A stretch of 64,000 bases of DNA from Felis catus (lineage: Eukaryota): contig NC_058368.1 in NCBI RefSeq assembly GCF_018350175.1, positions 223,016,001 through 223,080,000 on the forward strand. Reading direction: 5' to 3'. Below the pieces are notes generated by a model. That model saw only the letters and a list, made by a program, of their open reading frames with translations, was not told where the DNA came from and searched no databases. Shown here one piece after another: positions 38,678 through 50,518 of the stretch. How positions within the stretch are numbered: position 1 is the first letter of the stretch; each line of letters opens with the position of its first letter. A program made the translations under genes and the position numbers.

Positions 38678-39896
38678 TGTTTTAACTAGTTTCTGAACCT
38701 CCACGAATGGGTGTCTGCAGAGGCAAAGGTGAATACACTTACGTGGTTGATCAAGAGGCGTGGGAGAGGAGGGCTTAAACTCAATTAGATCCAGGGGTGG
38801 GCAGTTGCTGCCAAGCCAAATCTCCGATAGTTCTGTTTCTGCGTGAGTCTGACATAAGTTTTAACTTCTGGAACTTCTGGTCCCCAGGCCCTCAGTTCAT
38901 CAGCTCTTTACTCAACCCATGGCAGACACTACACTTCCTTCTGCTCAGCTCCAGCGGGTGATGGTGCCATAATCTCGGCTGAACACATCCATTGGTTTTT
39001 GTTGGGAAGCCTCTTCAACACTGGGAAGAAGGTAAGGCAGTGGGAACCACAGTCTGGGGGCTTTGAGGGGCAACAGAACACATACTCAGTGTCTTAAATT
39101 ACTGACACAAGTAGATGCCTCACATCCAGCTCAACCTGAACACTGTACCCATGACAGATAATGCCTGAATACAATCTCAATGCAGTTCTTATGTTTACTT
39201 TATCAAAATTTTAGAAATACTAGGTGTAAAACCAATGAATCACCAGAGTAGTCATTGGTAAAAGTTTGTTGTGCACACACCAAAATCATCCCTCACCAAA
39301 CCAAAACATGGAATGAGGCTCTACCTTGTTATATAGCAGTTTATACAGTGAGAAAGCAGGGGCTGTTTATTCTTAGAAACTTCTTATGTGACATAAAATT
39401 GGTCAGTGTTTACTTCACGTTAATTTTTGGATCCAGTTTAAGTTTCGCATTTGATTTCCGGAGGCATAAATGAGAAATGACCCAGGCCAAGGAAGTCTTG
39501 CAAAATAAGCTAAGTTTTGCATGTGTGATTAAATTGCTTGTGTCTGCTCAGGGAACTTTCAAGCCTGGTGTCTGTTTTTGATTTTAATAACTTCGAATGT
39601 TTTACATTCATGAAACTGATGTGAAATGGCAGCAATACAAGATGGAGGTTCAGCGGTTTTGTTGGTAATCCGGCTCTTCTGTGATATTGGCTCATTGTCT
39701 ATCCTTCTTCAATCATTTTGTGTTTTTAACTGGGGCTAGCTCATAGTTTATAGTCTGTTTGGCCACTGGTATGCAAACTGGAAACTCCTGAATCTTGTTT
39801 TCAATGATTAAATTCCACACTTTCAGCAGTCATGATCACCTGTATTACCATGGTTTCCCTTAACGATGTTTCTAGTTTGATGCTCTGTGGAAATTA

Positions 39897-40108
39897 AAAT
39901 TTTTTTTCAACGTTTATTTATTTTTGGGACAGAGAGAGACAGAGCATGAACGGGGGAGGGGCAGAGAGAGGGAGACACAGAATCGGAAGCAGGCTCCAGG
40001 CTCTGAGCCGTCAGCCCAGAGCCTGACACGGGGCTCGAACTCACGGACCGCGAGATCGTGACCTGGCTGAAGTCGGACGCTTAACCGACTACGCCACCCA
40101 GGCGCCCC
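39897..40108 (-). mobile_element. Young CAN-SINE
   Basis: CpG-rich; perfect TSD GCTCTGTGGAAATTA at 39882-39896 and 40109-40123. Confidence 0.97.
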
Positions 40109-40215
40109 GCTCTGTGGAAATTAGAAGTATTTCTTGTGCTCTTTTTAAGCTGGCCTGTGGCATTATTCTGAAGGTACTGGTAAAGTCATTCCTTTTTATT
40201 TTTTTTATTTTTTTT

Positions 40216-40383
40216 AATGATACATATATTTATTTAATCATAGTATAATAGTTATCTTATGATATAATTGACAATATCTTCAAATATTGCACAATTCGTT
40301 TCTAAAATCTTTAAGTTATATGCTCATTTTACTTCTGAGGTTTTGAGATTTCTTTTTCTTTCAGTTATTATATAATCCCTTAA
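40216..40383 (-). other. L1 3' transduced unique sequence
   Basis: Non-L1 AT-rich sequence between the L1 A-tail (40384-40394) and a second poly(A) (40199-40215), inside the TSDs. AATAAA at 40229-40234 (minus). Confidence 0.85.
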
Positions 40384-40614
40384 TTTTATTTTTTATATGA
40401 AATTTATTGACAAATTGGTTTCCATACAACACCCAGTGCTCATCCCAAAAGGTGCCCTCCTCAATACCCATCACCCACCCTCTCCTCCCTCCCACCCCCC
40501 ATCAACCCTCAGTTTGTTCTCAGTTTTTAACAGTCTCTTATGCTTTGGCTCTCTCCCACTCTAACCTCTTTTTTTTTTTTCCTTCCCCTGCCCCATGAAT
40601 TCCTGTTAAGTTTC

Positions 40615-43600
40615 TCAGGATCCACATAAGAGTGAAACCATATGGTATCTGTCTTTCTTTGTGTGGCTTATTTCACTTAGCATCACACTCTCCAGTTCCA
40701 TCCACGTTGCTACAAAAGGCCATATTTCATTCTTTCTCATTGCCACGTAATATTCCATTGTGTATATAAACCACAATTTCTTTATCCATTCATCAGTTGA
40801 TGGACATTTAGGCTCTTTCCATAATTTGGCTATTGTTGAGAGTGCTGCTATGAACATTGGGGTACAAGTGGCCCTGTGCATCAGTACTCCTGTATCCCTT
40901 GGATAAATTCTTAGCAGTGCTATTGCTGGGTCATAGGGTAGGTCTATTTTTAATTTTCTGAGGAACCTCCACACTGTTTTCCAGAGTGGCTGCACCAATT
41001 TGCATTCCCACCAACAGTGCAAGAGGGTTCCCATTTCTCCACATCCTCTACAGCATCTAGAGTCTTCTGATTTGTTCATTTTGGCCACTCTGACTGGCCT
41101 GAGGTGATACCTGAGTGTGGTTTTGATTTGTATTTCTCTGATAAGGAGCGACGCTGAACATCTTTTCATGTGCCTGTTGGCCATCCGGATGTCTTCTTTA
41201 GAGAAGTGCCTATTCATGTTTTCTGCCCATTTCTTCACTGGGTTATTTGTTTTTCAGGTGTGGAGTTTGGTGAGCTCTTTATAGATTTTGGATACTAACC
41301 CTTTGTCCGATATGTCATTTGCGAATATCTTTTCCCATTCCGTTGGTTGCCTTTTAGTTTTGTTGGTCGTTTCCTTTGCTGTGCAGAAGCTTTTTATCTT
41401 CATAAGGTCCCAGTGATTCACTTTTGCTTTTAATTCCCTTGCCTTTGGGGATGTGTCGAGTAAGAGATTGCTACGGCTGAAGTCAGAAAGGTCTTTTCCT
41501 GCTTTCTCCTCTAGGGTTTTGATGGTTTCCTGTCTCACATCAGGTCCTTTATCCATTTTGAGTTTATTTTTGTGAATGGTGTGAGAAAGTGGTCTAGTTT
41601 CAACCTTCTGCATGTTGCTGTCCAGTTCTCCCAGCACCATTTGTTAAAGAGGCTGTCTTTTTTCCATTGGATGTTCTTTCCTGCTTTGTCAAAGATGAGT
41701 TGGCCATACGTTTTTGGGTCTAGTTCTGGGGTTTCTATTCTATTCCATTGGTCTATGTGTCTGTTTTTGTGACAATACCATGCTGTCTTGATGATGACAG
41801 CTTTGTAGTCGAGGCTAAAGTCTGGGATTGTGATGCCTCCTGCTTTGGTCTTCTTCTTCAAAATTCCTTTGGCTATTCGGGGCCTTTTGTGGTTCCATAT
41901 GAATTTTAGGATTGCTTGTTCTAGTTTCGAGAAGAATGCTGGTGCAATTTTGATTGGGATTGCATTGAATGTGTAGATAGCTTTGGGTAGTATTGACATT
42001 TTGACAATATTTTTCCAATCCATGAGCATCGAATGTTTTTCCATTTCTTTATATCGTCTTCAATTTCCTTCATAAGCTTTCTATAGTTTTCAGCATACAG
42101 ATCCTTTACATCTTTGGTTAGATCTATTCCTAGGTATTTTATGCTTCTTGTTGCAATTGTGAATGGGATCAGTTTCTTTATTTGTCTTTCTGTTGCTTCA
42201 TTGTTAGTGTATAAGAATGCAACTGATTTCTGCACATTGATTTTGTATCCTGCAACTTTGCTGAATTCCTGTATCAGTTCTAGCAGACTTTTGGTGGAGT
42301 CTATCGGATTTTCCATGTATAATATCATGTCATCTGCAAAAAGCGAAAGCTTGACTTCATCTTTGCCAATTTGGATGCCTTTGATTTCCTTTTGTTGTCT
42401 GATTGCTGATGCTAGAACTTCCAGCACTATGTTAAACAGCAGTGGTGAGAGTGGGCATCCTTGTCGTGTTCCTGATCTCGGGGAAAAAGCTCTCAGTTTT
42501 TCCCCATTGAGGATGATGTTAGCTGTGGGCTTTTCATAAATGGCTTTTATGATCTTTAAGTATGTTCCTTCTATCCCGACTTTCTCAAGGGTTTTTATTA
42601 AGAAAGGGTGCTGGATTTTGTCAAAGGCCTTTTCTGCATCGATTGACAGGATCATATGGTTCTTCTCTTTTTTTTTGTTAATGTGATGTATCACGTTGAT
42701 TGATTTGCGAATGTTGCACCAGCCCTGCATCCCAGGAATGAATCCCACTTGATCATGGTGAATAATTCTTTTTATATGCCGTTGAATTCGATTTGCTAGT
42801 ATCTTATTGAGAATTTTTGCATCCATATTCATCAGGGATATTGGCCTGTAGTTCTCTTTTTTTACTGGGTCTCTGTCTGGTTTAGGAATCAAAGTAATAC
42901 TGGCTTCATAGAATGAATCTGGAAGTTTTCCTACCCTTTCTATTTCTTGGAATAGCTTGAGAAGGATAGGTATTATCTCTGCTTTAAACGTCTGGTAGAA
43001 CTCCCCTGGGAAGCCATCTGGTCCTGGAGTCTTACTTGTTGGGAGATTTTTGATAACTGATTCAATTTCTTCGCTGGTTATGGGTCTGTTCAAGCTTTCT
43101 ATTTCCTCCTGATTGAGTTTTGGAAGAGTGTGGGTGTTCAGGAATTTGTCCATTTCTTCCAGGTTGTCCAATTTGTTGGCATATAATTTTTCATAGTATT
43201 CCCTGATAATTGTTTGTATCTCTGAGGGATTGGTTGTAATAATTCCATTTTCATTCATGATTTTATCTATTTGGGTCATCTCCCTTTTCTTTTTGAGAAG
43301 CCTGGCTAGAGGTTTGTCAATTTTGTTTATTTTTTCAAAAAACCAACTCTTGGTTTCGTTGATCTGCTCTACAGTTTTTTTAGATTCTATGTTGTTTATT
43401 TCTGCTCTGATCTTTATTATTTCTCTTCTTCTGCTGGGTTTAGGCTGCCTTTGCTGTTCTGCTTCTAGTTCCTTTAGGTGTGCTATTAGATTTTGTATTT
43501 GGGATTTTTCTTGTTTCTTGAGATAGGCCTGGATTGCAATGTATTTTCCTCTCAGGACTGCCTTCGCTGCGTCCCAAAGCGTTTGGATTGTTGTATTTTC

Positions 43601-44433
43601 ATTTTCGTTTGTTTCCATATATTTTTTAATTTCTTCTCTAATTGCCTGGTTGACCCACTCATTCTTAGTAGGGTGTTCTTTAACCTCCATGCTTTTGGAG
43701 GTTTTCCAGACTTTTTTCTGTGGTTGATTTCAAGCTTCATAGCATTGTGGTCTGAAAGTATGCATGGTATAATTTCAATTCTTGTAAATTTATGAAGGGC
43801 TGTTTTGTGACCCAGTATATGATCTATCTTGGAGAATGTTCCATGTGCACTCGAGAAGAAAGTATATTCTGTTGCTTTGGGATGTAGAGTTCTAAATATA
43901 TCTGTCAAGTCCATCTGATTCAATGTCTCATTCAGGGCCCTTGTTTCTTTATTGACCGTGTGTCTAGATGATCTGTCCATTTCTGTAAGTGGGGTGTTAA
44001 AGTCCCCTGCAATTACCACATTCTTATCAATAAGGTTGCTTATGTTTATGAGTAATTGTTTTATATATTTAGGGGCTCTGGTATTTGGCGCATAGACATT
44101 TATAATTGTTAGCTCTTCCTGATGGATAGACCCTGTAACTATTATATAATGTCCTTCTTCATCTCTTGTTACAGCCTTTAATTTAAAGTCTAGTTTGTCT
44201 AATATAAGTATGGCTACTCCAGCTTTCTTTTGGCTTCCAGTCGCATGATAAATAGTTCTCCATCCCCTCACTCTCAATCTAAAGGTGTCCTCAGGTCTAA
44301 AATGAGTCTCTTGTAGACAGTAAATAGATGGGTCTTGTTTTTTTATCCATTCTGATACCCTATGTCTTTTGGTTGGCGCATTTAATCCATTTACATTCAG
44401 TGTTATTATAGAAAGATACGGGTTTAGAGTCAT
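40615..44433 (-). pseudogene. L1 ORF2p (endonuclease / reverse transcriptase), 3 frameshifts plus 1 nonsense codon
   Basis: Starts MTLNPYLSIITLNVNGLN. EN motifs CLQETH, GDFN, SKIDH, SDH; RT motifs [14 protein letters not shown]-terminal HCWWEC. Frameshifts near 43665, 42011 and 41540; in-frame TGA at 41254-41256. Confidence 0.96.
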
Positions 44434-44483
44434 TGTGATGTCTGTATGTTTTATGCTTGTAGTGATGTCTCTGGGACTTTGTC

Positions 44484-45375
44484 TCACAGGGTCCCCCTTA
44501 GGATCTCTTGTAGGGCTGGTTTAGTGGTGACAAATTCCTTCAGTTCTTGTTTGTTTGGGAAGACCTTTATCTCTCCTTCTATTCTAAATGACAGACTTGC
44601 TGGATAAAGGATTCTTGGCTGCATATTTTTTCTGTCTAGCACCCTGAAAATCTCGTGCCAATTCTTTCTGGTCTGCCAAGTTTCAAAAGAGAGATCAGTC
44701 ACGAGTCTTATAGGTCTCCATTTATATGTGAGGGCACGTTTACCCCTTGCTGCTTTCAGAATTTTCTCTTTATCCTTGTATTTTGCCAGTTTCACTATGA
44801 TATGTCGTGCAGAAGATCGATTCAAGTTACGTCTGAGGGGAGTTCTCTGTGCCTCTTGGATTTCAGTGCCTTTTTCTTTCCCCAGTTCAGGGAAGTTCTC
44901 AGCTATTATTTCTTCAAGTACCCCTTCAACACCTTTTCCTCTCTCTTCCTCCTCTGGGATACCAATTATGCATATATTATTTCTTTTTAGTGTATCACTT
45001 AGTTCTCTAATATTCCCCTCATACTCCTGGATTTGTTTATCTCTCTTTTTCTCAGCTTCCTCTTTTTCCATAACTTTATCTTCTAGTTCACCTATTCTCT
45101 CCTCTGCCTCTTCAAGCCGAGCTGTGGTGGTTTCCATTTTGTTATGCATTTCGTTTAAAGCGTTTTTCAGCTCCTCCTGACTGTTCCTTAGTCCCTTGAT
45201 CTCTGTAGCAAGAGATTCTCTGCTGTCCTCTATACTGTTTTCAAGCCCAGCTATTAATTTTATGACTATTATTCTAAATTCACTTTGTTATATTATTTAA
45301 ATCCTTTTTGATCAGCTCATTAGCTGTTGTTATTTCCTGGAGATTCTTCTGAGGGGAATTCTTCCGCTTGGTCAT
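44484..45375 (-). pseudogene. L1 ORF1p (RNA-binding protein), frameshifted
   Basis: ATG at 45375 (MTKRKNSPQKNLQE...). The frame breaks near 45286 (inferred 2-bp deletion), then continues into the 221-aa ORF ending ...KPALQEILRGTL*. Confidence 0.92.
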
Positions 45376-46299
45376 TTTGGATAGTCCCTGGCGTGGTGAG
45401 GACCTGCAGGGCACTTCCCCTGTGCTCTGGTGTATAACTGGAGTTGGTGGGCGGAGCCGCAGTCAGACCTGATGTCTGCCCCCAGCCCACCGCTGGGGCC
45501 ACAGACTGGTGTGTGCCTTCTCTTCCCCTCTCCTAGCAGCGGGATTCACTGTGGGGTGGCGTGGCCCATCTGGGCGACTTGCACACTGCCAGGCTTGTGA
45601 TGCTGCGGATCTGGCGTATTAGCTGGGGTGGGTAGGCAAGGTGCACGGGGGTAGGAGGGGCAGGCTTAGATCGCTTCTCCTTAGGTGATCCACTTCAGGA
45701 GGGGCCCTGTGGCAGCGGGAGGGAGTCAGATCCGCTGCGGGAGGTTTGGCTCCACAGAAGGGCAGAGTTGGGTGTTTGCGCGGAGCCAGCAAGTTCCCTG
45801 GCAGGAACTGGTTCTCTTTGGGATTTTGGCTGGGGGATGGGCGGGGGAGATGGCGCTGGCGAGCGCCTTTGTTCCCCACCAAACTGAGCTCTGTCTTCCG
45901 GGGGCTCAGCAGCTCTCCCTCCCTTTGTCCTCCAGCCTTCCCGCTTTCAGAGTAGAGCTGTTAACTTATGACCTCCCAGACGCTAAGTCGCGCTTGCTGT
46001 CGGAACACAGTCCGTCAGGCCCCTCCGCTTTTGCCAGCCAGACTCGGGGGCTCTGCTTGGCCGGCGAGCCGCCCCTCCGCCCCGGCTCCCTCCCGCCAGT
46101 CCGTGGAGCGAGCATCGCCTCGCAGCCCTTCCTACCCTCTTCCGTGGGCCTCTCGTCTGCGCTTGGCTCCGGCGACTCCGTTCTGCTAATCCTCTGGCGG
46201 TTTTCTGGTTATTTAGGCAGGTGTAGGTGGAATCTAAGTGATCAGCAGGACTTGCGGTGAGCCCAGTGACCTCCTAAGCCGCCATCTTGCAAACCTCTC
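45376..46299 (-). promoter_or_regulatory. L1 5'UTR internal promoter (CpG-island-like) with YY1 site
   Basis: The only long GC/CpG-rich stretch in the window. CAAGATGGCG (minus, 46280-46289) lies ~10 nt from the element 5' end, as in other mammalian L1s. Confidence 0.85.
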
Positions 46300-47135
46300 A
46301 AAGTCATTCCTTTTTAAAGTGTTAATGTGTTGGCGCTGTGGGAGACTTACAAACCACCACCAAGTTTACCAAATGAGAGTGTCTTTTACATTATACAAAA
46401 TAATTGTCTATGAGTCCTTCCTGAATCAGTCGGGCAACAATTCGATCGGTTACAGCAGTCTGGAAATTCACTCTCTAATGACACCAATCGTATCCCAGGC
46501 AGATAAATTCTCAGATTTATATAATAACTCACAATTACATGAATATAATATATATTTACTTAGAATTATAATTGTTTCCAAATGTATTAAAGTATAAAGT
46601 GAAATCCATACTAACAGGTGAATAACAACCACACTTTTTTTTTTCTTATAATATCAGTGTTGGTATGAGAGGGGTAGCAGGTCCTGAAATACAGTAGGAT
46701 GTTAAGTACCTTTGAAAGCCAGGGAGTAAATAGCAGCTGAGGAGAAAAGATCAGAAAATACAGCCTGGATGTACAGAACCCAGGGTTAATTTTAGATGCT
46801 TTGAAATTACATTCAGACATAAACGCCTAAGCAAAATTCACTGTACAACGTGAAGAAATGTTTTTTTTTTTATCCACATTGGTATATACAGTGAGGACAA
46901 ATCATAAACTCCCAAAGGTAAAATCTTTTGTAAACATAAGAGATGCAGGTGTTAGAAAAGGAAATTAAGAAAGATATACAGCTGGCCCTAATTGAACTTA
47001 GAGTCTTAAACAACAGTTTTAAAATAATTGGAACTCAATGTATGTTACTCTCTGACCCTAAACTCTGAAACACCATCTCAGGGGAAACAGCGATTCTTAA
47101 GATGAAAACTTAGCATACTAAACAGAAGAATACAA

Positions 47136-47671
47136 TGTAAGCGAGTGTAAGTTTGTTCTTCCCACGATGGGACAAGCCAATAAGAAGCGAGATTTTCAGG
47201 AAAGCACCTTGATTCAGGGAGGCCCACAAACGGAGGAGATGGCAGACTCCTGTCCTAAAGGACCATCTTAACTCAGCATAAAACTTGAGCTTCTCTCACC
47301 TGAGGAAGAGCATGACTCAGGAGGAAATTGGAGGCAGGAGATGACTGATGTCTGTAGATATTCAGGTGCCTGCAAGGATCCGAGGAAGGTTGTGACACAT
47401 CCGTGGTCGGGTGATCTCTGTGTACAAAAATCTGGTCCTATCGTTCTGGTAAATCTTAAACATAGCGGTGTTATTTCCATAGGTGCATATCTGTTCGGAT
47501 GGAGTAGGTTTGGAGTGAAGAGCTGTTTTTACAACACTTAGCCGTGAGCAAAAAATCCCTTCAGTGATTAACATGACTTCTTGCAGGGCTAAGAAGTATG
47601 GATGCCTTAGGTTATGGCAGCAAGGGGAAAAGAAACACTATGGAGTCGGACCTGCTGTTTCCCCCGTTACA
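47136..47671 (-). mobile_element. ERV1-class solo LTR
   Basis: TGTAA...TTACA terminal inverted repeats, 536 bp, 4-bp flanks ACAA/ATAA (1 mismatch), higher GC than the surroundings; strand inferred. Confidence 0.7.
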
Positions 47672-47809
47672 ATAACAGAAATTCCAAAATTATATCCCAC
47701 TTGCTCTACCCTAGGAGTATTTTCTATTCTCCACATTCGCATCAGATATTTAATACAATTCTCTTTTTGAGAGGAGGGAGGGTGGATTTTTTTGTTTAAG
47801 AAACAGACC

Positions 47810-47940
47810 TATGAGCACTGGGTGTTCTGTGTAAGTGATGAATCACTAATTCTACACCTGAAACTAATATTACATTGTTCACTAACTGGAATTTAAATAA
47901 CAACTTGAAACTACAAAACAAAACAAACAAAAAAAACACT
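47810..47940 (+). mobile_element. Carnivore L1 3' terminus
   Basis: ATGAGCACTGGGTGTT...TGATGAATCACTAATTCTACACCTGAAACTAAT...AACTGGAATTTAAATAA plus A-rich tail. Confidence 0.85.
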
Positions 47941-49038
47941 TTATTTCTTCCAATATAAAAAATGAGAACTCGTCGGTGGACATGTTGATCAAAAAATTAA
48001 GAAAAAGCAGTCCAACAGATACAAAGTACTCCCTTCTAATATTTTTATGAAGATTTTTTGTTATTTGATATGTCGTAACAACTGCTTCCATTATAAACTA
48101 AAGAACAAAGCTAGATGTTATTCTATAGGCCATAATTTTCCATGACATTAGAAAAGAACTTGTTAAAGGCCAATGATACTTTCAAGTAGATATGTAAATG
48201 ATGGATGTCAATAGAAAACTAAAAACAGATGATGGTAATTTTTTTTTCCGGAAAATGAATTAAAATTAAAGTTTTAAAGAATACTTCCCTGTCAGGAGTC
48301 ATGAAGCTCTCAGTGCATCTTTTCTGTATTTTGGGTCACATCAAAATGACAACAGCAACAAGCAGAAAACTGCTGAAGCTTGCGCTGTCTCCTAATTCAG
48401 CATTTGCTTAAATGGTGTAGGCGTTGGAATGATTAGTGAATGCACTAGAATAGTCTGTCCTTAGAAGCCAGGATTGTTAATCTCTACAATCACCCAACAT
48501 GTGATTATGTTCTCAGTTAAAAAAGAAAATTGGAAATCGGTGGAAAAACTGCATTTTGGAGTAATTGAGATTATGTTTATTCACAGAGCGTCTTGTTTTC
48601 CTTATGTGTGCCAGACATCTGGATAAAGACTGAAAATTTTAGCAAAATATTAGCATCTTTCCAAGTATCTCAATGTTGATTGCATTTTGATGTTTCACTC
48701 TAAATATTTGATGAAACTTAGTTTTATCTACAAAATATATACTGTTGCCTTCTGTCTCTGAGGTCATTTCTCTAGCATTCCAAAGTTAGGATACTATCTG
48801 ATTTGGATAGAGATAAGTGAATATATGATGGAATTTTAGAATTGAAAGAGAGAAAAATGTTAGCCAAGCTTAATATTTGTGGCTGACAATCTTAAGTACT
48901 TTTGTAAATCCTGTGTTGGCTTTTGGATCCAAGTATGACAAGAACCTCTTTCTTGAACAGTAAATGCCCTTTTTCTTTTCTTTTCTCTTTTCCTTTCTTC
49001 TCCCTTCAGTGAAACAACCCTAAGAGCTAAAATCACAA

Positions 49039-49236
49039 GGGGCACTTGGGTGGCTCAGTCAGTTAAATGACTGACTTCAGCTCAGGTAGTGATCTCATGG
49101 TTTGTGAATTCAAGCCCTGCATCAGGCTCCATTCTGGCCTTGCGGAGCCTACTTGACATTGTCTGTCTGCCTTGGCCCCTCACTCACTGTCTCTTTCTCT
49201 CTCTCAAAATAAACAAGTAAACCTTAAAAAAAAAAA
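49039..49236 (+). mobile_element. CAN-SINE
   Basis: TSD AGCTAAAATCA(CA/TG)A. Confidence 0.93.
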
Positions 49237-50275
49237 AGCTAAAATCATGAAGGTAAAAATTAGAACATGTACAAGAAACTATATGTTAGTCTTATTACTA
49301 TGTAGGACAATCTTTAAAGTTCTACTGATTGCAATAATAGAATAGTTGATGTTAAAATTTGAAAATACATTTTTTTTTGGGTGAAGACTTAACATTGATA
49401 TCTAATAAAATACTTTTGGAACTGTAGAAAAATCAGATGAATTAGTGGTATAAACCAATTTTTATCTCTAAGTATAAATGAAATTTGAAAATAGATCCCA
49501 TTCCATTTAATGCAGAAATAAATAGAATTACTAGTTAACAAGTTGGCATAGAACCCACTTATGTGATGTAATGGAAAAGATATAAAACTAGTCAGCAAAA
49601 GGGAAAAGTGACTTTAAAATACCAAGAAATACAAGTTTTACTATCATAGAAGCCTATTTATCCAAAATTAATAAACTAAATTCATTTTCAACAAATTGAC
49701 AGTAACACTTGTCTCTAAGTAAAATCTTAAATATATGTTAAAGAATAGGTATTTAAAAACAACCAAGAAAACTTCAAAAAGTAGTGACTATCAGGAGTAT
49801 TGTTTTAGTAGTCATGGAACATATAACTTTCATCTTAAAATTGTACTAAATTGGCAAGAAAAAGAACACAAAGCAGTGAAATAGAGCATGCACAAATGTA
49901 TTACAGTGTATGTAATCGTATGGCGTATATAATCGCCATTTTTTGGACAGTGAGAAAATGATGGATTGTATATGAGCTGGGAAATGAACTACTGACAAAG
50001 AAGTTTGAAGACTTACAAACAAAAATTAAAAGTTGCAAGAAAATCTAAGAGAAACAGTTTGAGTACAATCAACAAGTGGATAAATCTTGAAAAACTAAAC
50101 AGTGAGCAAACAGGATCTCCTCAAGAAATAGTAGACCTGTGTGAACATTAAAATTATCTGTATGACCAAATATACTATTAAAATCAATATTACATTTGAT
50201 GACCTAGGACATGAGAATAACAAAGGACTGCTATCTACACCACACAAGAATACTTCTTATATTTAAAGAGAGTTT

Positions 50276-50446
50276 TGGGTGGCTCTGTCGTTTAAGTGTC
50301 TGTCTTGGGCTCAGGTCATGATCTCACAGTTGGTGAGTTCGAACCCCACATTTGGCTCTGTGCTGACAGCTCAGAGCCTGCAGTCTGTTTCAGATTCCGT
50401 GTCTGCCTCTCTCTCTCTGCCCCTTCCCTGCTCATGCTCGCTCGCT

Positions 50447-50484
<38 letters not shown>

Positions 50485-50518
50485 CTCAAAAATAAATACA
50501 CGTTAAAAAATTAAAAAA
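50276..50518 (+). mobile_element. CAN-SINE, slightly 5'-truncated
   Basis: TGGGTGGCTC... body, (CT)n, tail. Confidence 0.92.

Larger units (their letters stand above)
40199..46299 (-). mobile_element. Full-length felid LINE-1 (L1_Fc-like) with 3' transduction; coding-disabled
   Basis: 17-bp TSD AAAGTCATTCCTTTTTA at 40182-40198 and 46300-46316; TT/AAAA-type endonuclease site. CpG-rich 5'UTR, ORF1, ORF2 (EN, RT, CCHC), G-rich 3'UTR and poly(A) are all present in order. Confidence 0.98.

Noticed and set aside
41921..43690. 589-aa reverse transcriptase ORF as a possible novel or domesticated RT gene
   Set aside because: It is a frameshift-bounded piece of ordinary L1 ORF2 inside a TSD-flanked element.
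42114..45180. Plus-strand ORFs of 98-150 aa inside the L1
   Set aside because: Antisense shadows of L1 ORF1/ORF2 codon structure.
46238..46597. 119-aa ORF crossing the L1 5' junction
   Set aside because: Non-ATG (GTG) start, low-information AT-rich translation, no homology recognised.
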